Shown piece by piece: positions 13,542 to 14,373 of a stretch of 14,373 bases of DNA. Source of the DNA: a virus (lineage: Duplodnaviria; Heunggongvirae; Uroviricota; Caudoviricetes); IMG/VR virus record IMGVR_UViG_2878480445_000013; one strand, given 5' to 3'. The notes under the pieces are model-generated. The model saw only the letters and a list, made by a program, of their open reading frames with translations, did no database searches and was not told the origin of the DNA. The position numbers were made by a program, and so were the translations under genes. Each line of letters opens with the position of its first letter. Position 1 is the first letter of the stretch.

Positions 13542-13769
13542 TTATCTTTGATTATTAACTGTCCTTGCCACGATTTCTAAATCGCTAATTGTATCTGCAT
13601 CAATTTTTGCTATCAGCTTTTTGAATTCATCTTCTAGCCTTAATCCAAGGTTATCTACTGAAGAATACGGACCGGCTCCTTGTATTTCACGAATCTGACG
13701 GTTCTTTAACAATTCGATATCACTTTCAATTTGTCCTATCTCCAGTGCATAGCGTTCTGATATTTTCAT
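13542..13769 (-). CDS. Hypothetical protein (75 aa)
   Basis: AAGGAG RBS, clean ORF, 23 nt upstream of the next gene. Confidence 0.7.
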   Translation of the reverse strand: MKISERYALEIGQIESDIELLKNRQIREIQGAGPYSSVDNLGLRLEDEFKKLIAKIDADTISDLEIVARTVNNQR

Positions 13770-13849
13770 AGCAAACTCCTTCCTTGTTCAAAATATCGTC
13801 CTTGTTGCTAGCCACCTTGATGGCATCCTATATTTTTATTAAACCACCA

Positions 13850-14373
13850 TTACTTATCTTTGGCAATATAGAATGGAAATTTCTCTGCATTCCTGTCTTT
13901 CTCCGAAACAATGTACTCCCCGGCAGGCCAGCTCTCGCTTTCCCAGATAAAGTCTGAATCGTACCGCACGGCTCTTGCGGCTTCTGCGCAGAAATCGTTG
14001 TCCACGCACCACTGCATCGAGGTATCATCTTCCAATGTCAGGTATCCATGCGCAAAACCTCGTGGTATATACATCTGCTTCCGGTTTTCAAACGACAACA
14101 CCGCACTGTATGCGTGACCGAGGTTTCTCCCGGTCGGAGGTCAACTGCTACATTGAAAATCGAACCATGCAGACAAGATACCAGCTTTGCCTGGGCGTGT
14201 TCCCCTTCCTGAAAATGCAGACCACGCAGTGTGAACGCTTTTTTGCTGTATCCCTGGTTGATCTGTCGAACATTGAAATTTATAGATTGGTCGTATGGCA
14301 CAGCAAGATATCCTCTGAAGTCTTCAAAGGCCGGGACTGTGAGTATTATTTGCCTTGTCTGTCTTGTATCCAT
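13850..14373 (-). pseudogene. rmlC: dTDP-4-dehydrorhamnose 3,5-epimerase family (cupin), frameshifted
   Basis: LRGLHFQ, AQAKLVSC and AVDLRP are in one frame; YIPRGFAHGY and IVSEKD in another. Adding one T near 14121 (ACC TTC GGT) restores ...PGETFGHAYSAVLSFENRKQMYIPRGFAHG. The window ends at an ATG, so the true start may be further out. Confidence 0.8.

Noticed and set aside
1-14373. Integrase, att sites, virion genes, tRNA/rRNA, introns/inteins, retron or toxin-antitoxin calls
   Set aside because: None recognisable. PolA motifs are colinear without insertions, and XRE-ImmA is better explained as a repressor/anti-repressor switch than as a toxin-antitoxin pair.

Overview
The window looks like the early/regulatory and replication arm of a phage-like integrative element from a Clostridia (Lachnospiraceae-type) host; the host assignment is inferred from gene families and long GGAGG-type RBSs. 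On the minus strand, 1-8177 is a compact replication/recombination operon: sigma-70 region-4 protein, DUF4406/DUF7768-like protein, two acidic hypotheticals, DUF2800 Cas4-like nuclease, DUF2815 SSB, family A DNA polymerase, a hypothetical, DUF932 and a small basic protein. 8180-11200 is AT-rich and dense in regulatory sequence: several long-stem terminator-like hairpins, palindromic operators, a second XRE gene and two hypotheticals. At 11041-11128 two near-consensus sigma-A promoters face each other across three GAAC-N4-GTTC boxes. The rightward one drives an XRE repressor, an ImmA/IrrE protease and a 56-aa CxxC...CPxCG zinc-ribbon gene missed by the ORF track. The right end has three minus-strand hypotheticals and a frameshifted rmlC-like gene. 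No integrase, att site, virion gene, tRNA/rRNA or CRISPR array is visible. Family names come from motif recognition by eye, not database searches.
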